From NCBI GenBank assembly GCA_963713825.1, contig CAVQNG010000010.1:1-50586 (forward strand): a stretch of 50,586 nucleotides of DNA, given 5' to 3'. Shown piece after piece: positions 30,145 to 39,990 of the stretch; position 1 is the stretch's first letter, and each line of letters starts with the position of its first letter. Made by a program: the position numbers and the translations under genes. The stretch is from an uncultured Acidobacteriota bacterium. Lineage in GTDB: Bacteria > Acidobacteriota > Thermoanaerobaculia > Multivoradales > JAHEKO01. A model generated the notes under the pieces. That model did no database searches and was not told the DNA's origin. It saw only the letters and a list, made by a program, of their open reading frames with translations.

Positions 30145-30220
30145 GCCACCGCACCTTCGTACCTGTATGTGGTCAGCGCTCCAAGCCTCAACCGTGTTCC
30201 TTCTCGGTTAGTGTCAAGCT

Positions 30221-31713
30221 TTAGCCAATCACCAGCGTTTCCTCAGGCAGCAACTTGATTACTCTCTCTTGAGGGACTTCAAGCATCGCCTCGATGCTGG
30301 ACCATCCCTCATCCAGAAGAATCCGGTTCCGTTCGTTGCGTGCCTCAATATTGAACCGACGGCGGTTGATCAGAGTCATCCTAGTCAGGGCGGCCATGCA
30401 GGCTGTGAGTTGAGGAAGGTTGAGCACCAGTGGATTGCCCACTACGATGACACGACCAACGTTCACGGCTGCCACCGTGGCATGCGCAACTGCTTGAAGT
30501 TCGGCGAGTTTCAGCCCGGGCACTCGAGAGCTTCCTACCTCTTGGCCTGCTACCTCCTTGCCTAGCCAATTGGGGAACGAATAGCGAATATGGTAGTAGA
30601 GCCATATTGCGAGTTGTGTAGTAGCGGGCGTCACGCTTTGACCGAGAACGTGCCGCAAATTGTAGCCACCGAACTCAGAGCCCGGCCTGCCCTTGCCACT
30701 CGGGCTCCAAGGGCTGTTGCCGTAGTACATCTCGCGGACAAAGGTCCTCAACTTTCGGCTAGGAAGCTCCTGCAACCAAGTAGCGCCGGGAACTGGGAGG
30801 CTAGTTTTTGTAAACAGGTCTGACACAACATGCAAAAGGTACTCTACGGCCGCAGTAGACCAATCGCCCCGAGGAGTGTAGGGAGTTCCACTAGCTGCAA
30901 GGGTCCGGATTTCCATCACGGCCTTCCCGTTTACATATCTTGTGCCAATGAACTGGCCGGTCTTTATCTGATGGATGCCACTCATGAACCTCAGCAGATC
31001 GTGACCGGAAGAGAGAATGCGGTGATAGACCCAACCGTGCCCGTCACCCACTCCGAATCCGGGCCCCCTGTGGTCGATTGGAAGTCCGCTGTGGGTCACC
31101 TTCATTCCCGATAGGTGACGGACCCAGTCGAATCGCTGCGCGAGGGCGCTCTTGCCGAGACTATGCTGGAACTCCCTGAAGGCTCGGTATATCCCAGACT
31201 CGTCATGGAGCTGTCCCCCATAACTCAGTAGCTTCCTGGAAAGCGGATTGCCAAGCGGCGCACAGAACCAATCTGTCAAGATACCAATCAGCGCCGAGGC
31301 AAATACAAACGAATAGTCCAGTCCATCCCACGGTTCGCGGGCCAGAGGGGAATCGAATCTGCTGTCAATTACCGCGATTTCTTCCGGTGTCAGGAGAGTA
31401 TCCAGCGAGACCTCGCATTCACCGGAGGGGTACGATTGAACGAGATCTTCCCACCGCATCTCGCTGCCCAACCTGCCCATTGCTCGCTTTGTTGCTGGCT
31501 CATCAGCAGGCTCAGGTCTTGCGCTCCCAGTAGGCCTCTCGGCGGCTCCAGTTTCCTCAAGGAGATTGGCTAGTTTCTCACTCTCTGCTCGACATCTTTC
31601 TTCTGAAGGAGAACCACGTCCTCTTCAATGTTGCTCAGGGTCCTGTCCTGCCCCGCCAGGACAGCGGCGATTTCCTTCAGAGGCTTTGCGGGCCCATCTG
31701 ACTTGTCACTCAT
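30221..31713 (-). CDS. Hypothetical protein (HRxxSxGHD...HxxSD...LPxPG motifs); frameshift near 31590
   Basis: ORF 30221..31480 plus an upstream segment MSDKSDGPAKPLKEIAAVL from ATG 31713, which overlaps the previous stop. Confidence 0.7.
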
Positions 31714-32248
31714 CGGCTAGCCGGACAGCTCGCAGCTGATACCGCTCCGCCTCGAGCATCTTGTTGAGCCTACAAACCACCTCTTCCAGTTGATCGATCT
31801 TTGTTTCGTTGGCATCCTGTCTCAGTCGCTCCTCCTCCAGATGAACCTGCAGATCGCGAATCCGCATTTCTTGCCCTTCGATTATCCGTTGTGCTTTGGC
31901 AATGTCCTTGTCAACATTGAGAGCAGTCTCGAATTGCTGAGCAGAGTCACGAAAGAAGTTTGCGAGCGAACCCATTCCCAGTCCCCCCAGCAGGGCCCCC
32001 GCACTAGCCAAAGCGGTCGTCACGAGCGATGCGCCTGCTGCCATTCCCCCGCCGCCGGCAGCAATCGCTCCACCTCCCAGGGCAGCTAGGCCCGCACTGG
32101 TTGCAGCAGCACCCGAGAGTCCCAAGAAATGGGTCCCCACAAAGGTCCCTACCACTGGCGCCAGCGCTCCAGCGGATATGATGCAGAGTCCGCCTCCGAT
32201 GGCAGTACCTCCTGCCACTATCGCGATTTTCTTCTTCGACCAGGCCAT
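31706..32248 (-). CDS. Glycine-zipper membrane protein with C-terminal coiled coil
   Basis: GLSGAAATSAGLAALGGGAIAAGGGGMAAG; heptad-rich tail; coupled to the TerB gene. Confidence 0.8.
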   Translation of the reverse strand: MAWSKKKIAIVAGGTAIGGGLCIISAGALAPVVGTFVGTHFLGLSGAAATSAGLAALGGGAIAAGGGGMAAGASLVTTALASAGALLGGLGMGSLANFFRDSAQQFETALNVDKDIAKAQRIIEGQEMRIRDLQVHLEEERLRQDANETKIDQLEEVVCRLNKMLEAERYQLRAVRLADE

Positions 32249-32682
32249 CAGGCTAGTTCCTCTGGCATTAGAAGCTCGGCCCCCGTTTGCCGCCAGCGCA
32301 TGCCGTCCTCAACCCAGCCCTCAATCGCCGTGAGTCTTGTGGGCGAGATTCCAAGCAACCTTGCTATCTCGGTCATGGCAAGTCGCTCCCTATCTGTGTA
32401 GGTACCGTCCAACTCGCAAAGAGTGATGAGCTCTTGCAGGAGCAGGTATTTGGCTTTCTTGGATCGGAACTCCTTCGCTAGCTCTGCCGCATCTGCCCCT
32501 CGCTCCATGACCTCCTGGATCTGGTTCGCCGTCTCTGCATTGAGATCCCACACCCGCACAGCGCTCTCTATGGCTTCTCTCTCCTCGTCGCCGACTACAC
32601 CATCGCTGTAGGCAACAAGAGCCATGAACTTCACAAACGCTCCTCTGTCCTCGACAGGAACCTCATACTCTCTGAGAATCAT
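32248..32682 (-). CDS. TerB-family protein
   Basis: VAYSDGVVGDEERE and CELDGTYTDRER repeats; AAGGAG RBS. Confidence 0.85.
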   Translation of the reverse strand: MILREYEVPVEDRGAFVKFMALVAYSDGVVGDEEREAIESAVRVWDLNAETANQIQEVMERGADAAELAKEFRSKKAKYLLLQELITLCELDGTYTDRERLAMTEIARLLGISPTRLTAIEGWVEDGMRWRQTGAELLMPEELA

Positions 32683-32843
32683 CGGTCTCTCCTTTGCAGG
32701 ACCCTCTTGGATCGCCCACTTCCCATCCTTGTTCTGAGCAACCTAGACACAACAAGCACCTCCCAGCGCTGCTGAACCACCAACCCCATGAACGAGGGAC
32801 TCCAAAGCCAAATTAGAGAGCTAGCACTGAACGGCTAGCTGCG

Positions 32844-32872
32844 AAACTAGTTTTGACCCTCGGACCTGTCAA
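32844..32872 (-). promoter_or_regulatory. Sigma70 promoter for the TerB operon
   Basis: TTGACA-17 bp-TAGTTT on the minus strand. Confidence 0.55.
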
Positions 32873-32944
32873 CAACGAACAGTGAGCTAACTCCAGTACG
32901 ACCTTGATCGTGACGCTCAACCTATCCGACTTCAACACTCAATA

Positions 32945-32974
32945 GGGTGGACTGAAGCTACCCCAATGGGTTGG
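32945..32974 (+). repeat. 30-bp direct repeat, copy 1 (copy 2 at 42734..42763)
   Basis: GGGTGGACTGAAGCTACCCCAATGGGTTGG vs GGGTGGACTGGAGCTACCCCAATGGGGTGG. Confidence 0.8.
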
Positions 32975-32991
32975 CGCTCAGGTCACCTCGA

Positions 32992-33023
32992 CTGACAGCA
33001 TCTGACAGTCTCCGGGCTACAAT
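32992..33023 (+). promoter_or_regulatory. CTGACA direct-repeat promoter of structured RNA copy 1
   Basis: CTGACA-N4-CTGACAG-N9-TACAAT. Confidence 0.65.
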
Positions 33024-33029
33024 GGGAAC

Positions 33030-33185
33030 AGCATCAGGAGTGGCCTGACACAACGTCGGGCCCGCCAACCTGGGACGGACACCCAAGGTGGTTCTCGCCG
33101 AGCGGGGATGCGGTCGCCCGAGAGGGTGACAACGAAGTGTCCAGCGAAGACCCGTTCTCCTGATGAAGGATGAACGGATTTTCTC
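33030..33185 (+). ncRNA. Candidate structured RNA/leader, copy 1 (closing stem, four hairpins, pseudoknot, terminator)
   Basis: CATCAGGAG/CTCCTGATG closing stem; internal hairpins; GGACAC/GTGTCC; conserved with compensatory changes at 45019..45177. Confidence 0.65.
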
Positions 33186-33266
33186 ATTTGCGGCCCTTCC
33201 GTTCTCTGCTCAAAGGCTTCACCGGCGGAGCCCTCCCACGACGAGGCGAGGAGAAATCCCATTCTG

Positions 33267-33370
33267 CCCTTGCCATCTCACCACCAAGAAAGCACAACTC
33301 AGCGCCTGAAATGTACAGCTGGGAGGCAAAAGTGACAACGCGCCAGAGTAAGAGTTGGACCGAGTTGGTT
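33267..33370 (+). pseudogene. Remnant of the LytTR gene upstream region and 5' end
   Basis: Similar to 45830-45930 (cttgcca.ctcacc...aagcacaactcagcgcct.aaatg.acagctgggagg...ttggaccgagt), then the similarity stops. Confidence 0.7.
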
Positions 33371-33476
33371 GAGTTCGACCGGGAGGTCGATGGGCAGACT
33401 CAGCCCCTGATGAATGGCGCTCTCCGTCTTTGCAAGCAGCCTGGGATTGAGAGTTAGAATCCGATACCCTGCGATC

Positions 33477-34781
33477 ATGGCAACATCTTTACCTCGAATC
33501 GTGGCAGATCGGCTCACTGGGTCCGAGCCGTTCAAAGACGCCGGTCGCGACCTGGGCTTCGATGTCCTCAGCTTCTGGCGCTGGAGTACCTCAGACCTTC
33601 TGAACAACGCAACTCGCGGAGTCATTGCAGAGTTCCTGGTAGCTCAAGCTCTTGGGATTGCCGGCGACTCCATCCGCGAGAGTTGGGATGCTTTCGACCT
33701 GACCGCCAGGGACGGAACCAAAATCGAAGTCAAGTCCGCCAGCTACGTTCAAAGTTGGTATCAGCGAGACTATTCACAGATCAGTTTCAATGTCCCAGAG
33801 ACTCGTGCCTGGGATGCACAAACCAATCGTCAGGCGGAAGAGCCGAAGCGCCATGCCGACGTCTATGTATTCTGCCTGCTTTCGAACCGAGACCAGACCA
33901 CAATCAATCCCTGCGACTTAGCACAATGGCAGTTCTACGTCCTGCCCACATCGGTTCTAGACAATCGGAAACGCAGTCAGCTTTCGATCACTCTGAAGTC
34001 CCTCGAAGCGCTCTGTCCTGCCGTTGCCTACAGCGGCCTGGCAACTTCAATTCGAGAGGCGGCTGCCCTTCAAGCTGTTCCGGACCGAAGGTCGAAGCTG
34101 AAACAACTTGTAGAAGCTCTGCGGCACAGAACTCCCGAGATGGAGCGGAAACTGGAGGAACTCAAGGAAGAAGGAAGAGGCATAGCTGCGCGGAAGGACA
34201 TGATCTGGTACCAATTGGTTCACAGTCTGGCAACTCTTCAAAGGAGCAGCGGCTGGGAGAATCTCAAAGCTGACCAGACGCTGCTCGACTCGATCTCGTC
34301 AGAGAACCTCAGCGCGCTCGATCGGGAGCGACGTCACTCGAGGCTGAAACAAGCCATGTGGCAGGCGAAGGTCCGAATGCCAGACAAGAAGGCCGACTGG
34401 CTGCTCGAGAACTTCGACAGGATCGAAGCAATGGGTGGTGCGGAAGCAGCAACCAGAACAGCTCTCGCATTGTCTTCTCCTGAAGAGAAAATCGACTTCA
34501 TGATGGCCTTCCGAGGCATCGGTGCAAAGTACGGTCGGAATTCCTGGATGGATCTCTACGATCCCGACTTCCGACAGAGTATTGCTATCGACACGAGGAT
34601 CAGCAGAATCACGGAGGCCTTGGGATTCGCGTTCAGGAAGAGCCAATATCGGGAACATGAGGCGTTCTTTCAGCAGGTCGCTGAAGAGGCTGACCTCGAG
34701 CCCTGGGAATTGGACAGGTTGCTTTATCAGTTCACTGATCATTTTCTGACCGCAATAGAGGGGCCTTCTCTTGACTCTTGA
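33477..34781 (+). CDS. PD-(D/E)XK-type nuclease fused to an HhH DNA-glycosylase-like domain
   Basis: RGVIAEFLV...FDL...IEVKSASY; C-terminal FRGIGAKYGRN...IAIDTRI...WELDRLLY. Confidence 0.7.
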   Translation: MATSLPRIVADRLTGSEPFKDAGRDLGFDVLSFWRWSTSDLLNNATRGVIAEFLVAQALGIAGDSIRESWDAFDLTARDGTKIEVKSASYVQSWYQRDYSQISFNVPETRAWDAQTNRQAEEPKRHADVYVFCLLSNRDQTTINPCDLAQWQFYVLPTSVLDNRKRSQLSITLKSLEALCPAVAYSGLATSIREAAALQAVPDRRSKLKQLVEALRHRTPEMERKLEELKEEGRGIAARKDMIWYQLVHSLATLQRSSGWENLKADQTLLDSISSENLSALDRERRHSRLKQAMWQAKVRMPDKKADWLLENFDRIEAMGGAEAATRTALALSSPEEKIDFMMAFRGIGAKYGRNSWMDLYDPDFRQSIAIDTRISRITEALGFAFRKSQYREHEAFFQQVAEEADLEPWELDRLLYQFTDHFLTAIEGPSLDS

Positions 34782-34956
34782 TGCGGAGTCAACTTGACCC
34801 ACTGCAAGCAGTGATGCGACCGGGCGAATCCAACGCCATGCTCAACAGGTCTTTGCCTGCCCGGATTCCGAGTTACCCGATTAGGTGGTTCTTGTACCGA
34901 AACGAGGTCAAGGTAAATACAAGGGCGCTGTCACTAGGGGGAGGTCTCAGGACGGA

Positions 34957-36861
34957 CTAGAAGATGATCCCGCTCGGGCCCGACCCAAGAACTCGCTTGC
35001 TGGACTCCGGCAGCCAAGAGCCTGCTTGATACCTGTCGGTATGGAGAATGAAGGTCTCCCGCCCAACTGGCTGGTGGGTTATGAACCGAACGGTAGCCCC
35101 TCCTCCATCACCAAGCTCCACACTCCAGCGCCAATCCACTGGTATCGGATCGCTCCATTGCCATTGATCGGGTTCACTGAGCTGTGACAGACGGGCGGGA
35201 GTGCTGTCCTCTGGCTCCGATCCAAGAGGGTTCGAATCAACAATCACATGAGGGCCCCAGCTCAGCCCGTGCCACCAGGCACCAAATTCAGAAATCTCCC
35301 GAATGAGAAGAGAGGCTTCGAGATAAGCCCGGAAGCACTGCTTTCCCTCGAAGGCTGAAATCGCCGGTGCAAGCTGTTCCAGTGTTGATTCTAGGTCTGG
35401 GTCTGTTGCCCGAATCGTCATACCTTCGGGAATCGCAAATAAAGTCCCATTTCCGCCCACTCCGGCTCGAAACACATGGCCTAGAAACGAGATTCCTTCT
35501 CGCACACTGAGCTCTCTGAGACAACGAGTGAGCCTTGCCGACTCAACGGGTACGAGGAAGTCACCGTAGCCCCTCTCGGCCGGACCGTTCCGAGTGATCT
35601 CCTGGGCACCTGGCAAAGCTGCGATTTCTGTCGTCTCTTCAGGAACATCCAGGGAACGCTGCAGGCAAGAGCGGAGTTTCCCAACGGTCGAACCAGCATA
35701 CTTTCGGATCGCGGCTTTTCGCTTAGAAGATGAGCCTGAAGCTCCACGCTTTTTGCGAGACTTTGACGTTCCAGCATTCTGAGCCCTCGCACACTCAGCG
35801 CTCTCCTCGATGAGCCATCGGAGGTGGAAACCCTCAGCGTAATATGCCGATATGTTGTCCTCGCCCCGCTGCCGATTCCTCTCCAGGGCCACCTCGACGT
35901 CGCATGTGAGAGTGTCAAACTTGATCTCGTACCCGCATGCTTTCAACTGCTTGAGCATCAATTCGAGTGGTTTGTTGTCTTGCCCGATGAGCTCGACCAC
36001 GATGTTGCGCCGCTCTTCGATTGCCCTGCGAGCCACTGACCGACCGAGGCCCTCCATTTTCTCTTCCAGCTCGCCCGGAAAGTCCAGTACCTGCCCGCGA
36101 CACATTGCGAGAAAGATGCGAGGTGCATCCAGGTGGACGTATCCCGAATTGAGCTGCTCCCGTATGAACCGAGATTTCCCGGTGCAGACCGCCCCGCTGA
36201 CGACTCGCAAGGTCGGGGAACCTGCCGGCATTAACGAACTCGGATCGAAGAACCGCGCGAGCACCTTCTCGGCTTCGCTCTCGAAGAGGCTATCCAGGGC
36301 TCGTTCGAGTCGATCAACGAGGTCCCGCGAGCCCGAAGGGGACTTTTCTCGATAGATCTCCAAGAGCCTCGCGTAATTCCAAAGAGGACCGTCTCTCCCT
36401 TCTTTAAACCGATCCCAGACCCCAGGGCCAAGAGTTCGCAAGTCCTCGGCCGTGGCTTCGGCGTTGTGCACTTTGTCCGCAACAGAAACCAGTAGGGCTG
36501 AAGCAGAGGCATTACGCAACTTCTCGTGGTATCCGAGCTTCCGGGTCCACCATTCTGGTTTCGGGTCTTCGAATGCATCTGTACAGTGCTCGACAATGTC
36601 CGCGACCCCATCGCCGAACTCTTCCCGAATCTCTTCGAGCGTCTGTCGCCCTCCCGCGTCTTCGGGTCCATCGTGCAGCAGAGCGGCAATGACTTCGTCT
36701 TCGTCACCACCGTTCTCGATGACGAGTGCCGTCACTGCCAGGATGTGCGACAAGTAGGAATTGGGTGTCCCCTTGCGGAGCTGATGCCTGTGAAGCTGGT
36801 GCGCCGTCTCGAACGCTCGGGTGAAGCGATCCGAATAGGGCTGAAAGCCTGACTCAGTCAT
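34957..36861 (-). CDS. RelA/SpoT-type HD hydrolase fused to a zeta-toxin-like P-loop kinase and an unknown domain
   Basis: HRHQLRKG...YLSH...AALLHDGPED...ADKVHN; GAVCTGKS...ALERNRQR. Confidence 0.8.
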   Translation of the reverse strand: MTESGFQPYSDRFTRAFETAHQLHRHQLRKGTPNSYLSHILAVTALVIENGGDEDEVIAALLHDGPEDAGGRQTLEEIREEFGDGVADIVEHCTDAFEDPKPEWWTRKLGYHEKLRNASASALLVSVADKVHNAEATAEDLRTLGPGVWDRFKEGRDGPLWNYARLLEIYREKSPSGSRDLVDRLERALDSLFESEAEKVLARFFDPSSLMPAGSPTLRVVSGAVCTGKSRFIREQLNSGYVHLDAPRIFLAMCRGQVLDFPGELEEKMEGLGRSVARRAIEERRNIVVELIGQDNKPLELMLKQLKACGYEIKFDTLTCDVEVALERNRQRGEDNISAYYAEGFHLRWLIEESAECARAQNAGTSKSRKKRGASGSSSKRKAAIRKYAGSTVGKLRSCLQRSLDVPEETTEIAALPGAQEITRNGPAERGYGDFLVPVESARLTRCLRELSVREGISFLGHVFRAGVGGNGTLFAIPEGMTIRATDPDLESTLEQLAPAISAFEGKQCFRAYLEASLLIREISEFGAWWHGLSWGPHVIVDSNPLGSEPEDSTPARLSQLSEPDQWQWSDPIPVDWRWSVELGDGGGATVRFITHQPVGRETFILHTDRYQAGSWLPESSKRVLGSGPSGIIF

Positions 36862-36876
36862 GATGCAACCTCCTCG

Positions 36877-39800
36877 CTAGAACTCCAGGCCAACCACGGA
36901 CCCCTCGAATGGCAAATGCACCCAGCTGCTGAGAAGCGGTAGGCGTGTGCTGGTGGCGATCGCGGCAGCGTACGCTCCCAGCTGACCGGCCAGGGCGGCG
37001 ATTCGTTCTTCGGACCAGCTCGAAGTCCGAAAACTCTTGTGATCGATGAGGGCGAAGCCGTTCTCGAGCTCGAGAACGAGGTCGGCCGAGCCGTGAATGA
37101 TCGTTCCCCCTTCAAGACGGTTTTGTAGAGGCCACTCACGGTGCCATCTCGCACCTGGCCACTGGCTTTCAATCCAACGGCAAAGGTCATCTCTACTTCG
37201 AACCAGACTCTCGCTCGACATCACTTCGTTCACGCCCCATCGTTTCAGCACGGACTCAGCCAGGTCGTGACGTTGCTCAGCGTCCAGATCCCGCAGGTCA
37301 GCTGCGAAGAAAGTGTGCACTGCCTCCCCCACTGCTCTCACGTCTGGTGAGCCCCGCAAGGCGATCCCTTCGCCGATCTGCTCAACTGGCCCCAATCGAC
37401 CCTCGGCCGTCAGAACGGATGGTGAGACTGAAGCCGGGGGATGTTCCCGAGGACCAGCCTTCACATAGCTCTTCCCCCCTGTGGGCTTCGGAGCCTCGGG
37501 CTCCACGGCTTCCAGTTCTCTCAGACACAGTTGGACCTTGCGACCCGCCCACGTCGTCCCATCGCCTTCAGGCTCGGTGATCAACGGCCCCTGCTTTCCA
37601 CGCACAAGGTGGGTCAGCTCTTCGAGCTGCTTCTTCGCGCGGGAGGCTGAGAACGACCCGATCTCGAGCCCGGGTCCAGCCGACGTAGAAGAGTCGCAAC
37701 CTCTCCCGGTTCTGCTGGTCCAGCACCTCTATATTGGTGGGATGTGCTTCCAGGGCTCTCGTGAAGAAAGCTCTTCTTGCGCTGCGTGTGAAAAGGATTC
37801 GGCCAGAATCGGATCCACCGATCGGCCAGAGGATTCTCGAACTCGAAATCCCTCGGTCCCCTGCTCCACATGAACACCGAGAGCGGTGTCGTCCTTGGAG
37901 AACTCCAACTCGAAGAGGACTGTGATTGGCCATTCGAGTCCCTTGGCCCCGTGCCAGGTGCTCACCTCGACGGCGTCGAGATCCGCCTGAACGGCGCGAG
38001 GATCTTCACCCTCAGCAGAAAGCTCGAGCAAATAGGGAACAAGGCTGCCAAGGGTCGCGGGACGCCCCTCGACAGAGCGCAAGCGCTCGTAGGCCACGAC
38101 AAGAGACCGTAGCGCGTCGAGATTGGCCAGCCGCTCCTCGGTCCGGCCCCACGAGCAGGCCAGATCGCGAGCACCTATCGCTTCAGCCGTTCGATCAAAG
38201 GCTTCAAGAAGACTCGCCCCAGGGTGAGCTCGTCGCACCGCATCGAGTCTCTGCACGGCGGGCGTCTCAACAAAGGCGCCGGCACGAGGACTTTCCAAGG
38301 CAGCCTCGAGCCACGCGGTGTCATCCCCAAGAGAACCGGCCAGGCGAGCAAGTGTCGCAGCTGCCAGAGCGTCTTGAGGGTCGACCCACCGCTGGAGCCC
38401 TGCCAAGACAAGTTGTCCCTCTGGTGTGCTGAGCAGCTCATTGCGGGGAAGGACGCTGGGAATTCCGAGCTCCGCCAGGGAGCCGGCTACTCGCAGCGCC
38501 GATTTGTTGGTGCGGCAGAGAACGGCCACGTCCCCGAAACGGACTGCTCGGACCTCCTTGGTCTGTCGGTCACGTACCCGCACTTCGGGGTCAGCCAGCA
38601 GCTCCTTGACTCCGGCTGCCAGCGCATCGGTGGCACTCTTGGCGGTTCGACCCGCCACCAAGCGCCAACGCTCGACGATCGCGCCCAGGCCTGTGGGCTC
38701 TTCCTTCAATTCCGGCTCCAGGCGGGTGCGGGAGCCGGGGATGCCGACCCGCTCGAAGGCGGGAGCAAAGACTTGGGACGTCAGGTGCACGAGCTCAGGA
38801 CGGCTGCGCCAGGAAAGTGGCAAGGTCTCGGGCTCCTCGTCCCCAAGGATGGCCTCGATGGCGGAGTCCATGAGAACGGGGTCCGTATCGATGAACCCAA
38901 AGATGGACTGCTTCTGATCGCCAACCCAGACACTTCGCGTCGCCAGCTCGGAGAGCTCGAGAAAGATGGCGAGCTGCAGAGGGTTGGTGTCTTGGAACTC
39001 ATCGACGAGCACGAGATCGATCTCACCTTCCAGCTGCTGGCGGATGGCCGGGGTGCGAAGGGCATCGAGGGCCATGGCTAGCTGGTCGGGAAAGTCGACC
39101 ACGCCACGCTCCTTCTTGTAGCGCTGGTAGGCATCGAGGGCACCGGCTGCGGCCTTGAAGACCAGCCGGATGGCCTGTTCCAGATCCGAACGAAGCTGAG
39201 GATGTCGGCGAAAGTCCGCAGCGGCCGCGGCGACCCGCTCAGCGGGTTCCCTGCAGCTCTTTCCGGCACTGAATTCAGCGAGCTTGGCCCAGTTGTTCCA
39301 ATCGAGGGTACGCCCGCTGGAGAGCCGGCTCAGCGCTGAGGTCGCGAACGCGCGAGCGTCCCTGGTCACCTTCGTGTCATCGCCCTCTTTCGTCTCCTCC
39401 AGGAACTTCCCGAGGGCTTTGGTTACCTGATTTTCAAATCGGCGGGCGTCGCCTAGGGGTTGGGGAAGGAGGCCGAGAAAGGTCGTCACGCTCCGGTCGC
39501 AAGAGCTCTCGAGGTCGTCCGCCGAGATGCCGTTGACCCGAGCCCGGTCGAGGATGTCCCGGATGAACTCATCGGGTTCGAAGAAGCGCATACGGGAGCC
39601 CAGCTCGGACAACTGTTCCAGGCCGTCAGTCGCTTCGAAGAGTGACCGTGCGCGGCGGAGCGCTGCTTCTGCGGCCGGATCGTCGAGCACGTTCTGTTCA
39701 GGAGAGAGGCCCAGATCAAACGCAAACTCGCTGAGGAGCCGGCCACAGACGGAGTTGACCGTGCCCATTCGTGAAGCACGCAGGCGCTGGGCGTCCTCAA

Positions 39801-39990
39801 AGCGCCCTTTTTCAATCAGGAAACGACGTGCACGTTCCTGCAATTCGGCGGCAGCCTTGGTCGTGAACGTGACGGCGACGATCGCCTCGGGTCTCGCTCG
39901 CTCCGACGCGAGAGCTTCGCGGAGGGTCTCGGCCAGGCGATAGGTTTTGCCGCTACCCGCCGAGGCCGAAATGATCTCGATTCGCCTCAC
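36877..39990 (-). CDS. AddA/UvrD-like helicase-nuclease; frameshifts near 37870 and 37600
   Basis: ASAGSGKT, VDEFQDT, VGDQKQSI, HGAKGLEW, LFYVGWTRARD, C-terminal GSADLV...IDHKS; GTG 39990 overlaps the upstream stop. Confidence 0.85.

Noticed and set aside
33030-33185. Retron msr-msd, tRNA or hammerhead identity for the structured RNA
   Set aside because: No reverse transcriptase in the window, no T-loop or CCA pattern, and CTGATGA is not conserved in copy 2
33017-33262. Conserved minus-strand ORF shared with 44833..45408
   Set aside because: Similarity is limited to the repeated RNA block, and an indel between the copies shifts the frame
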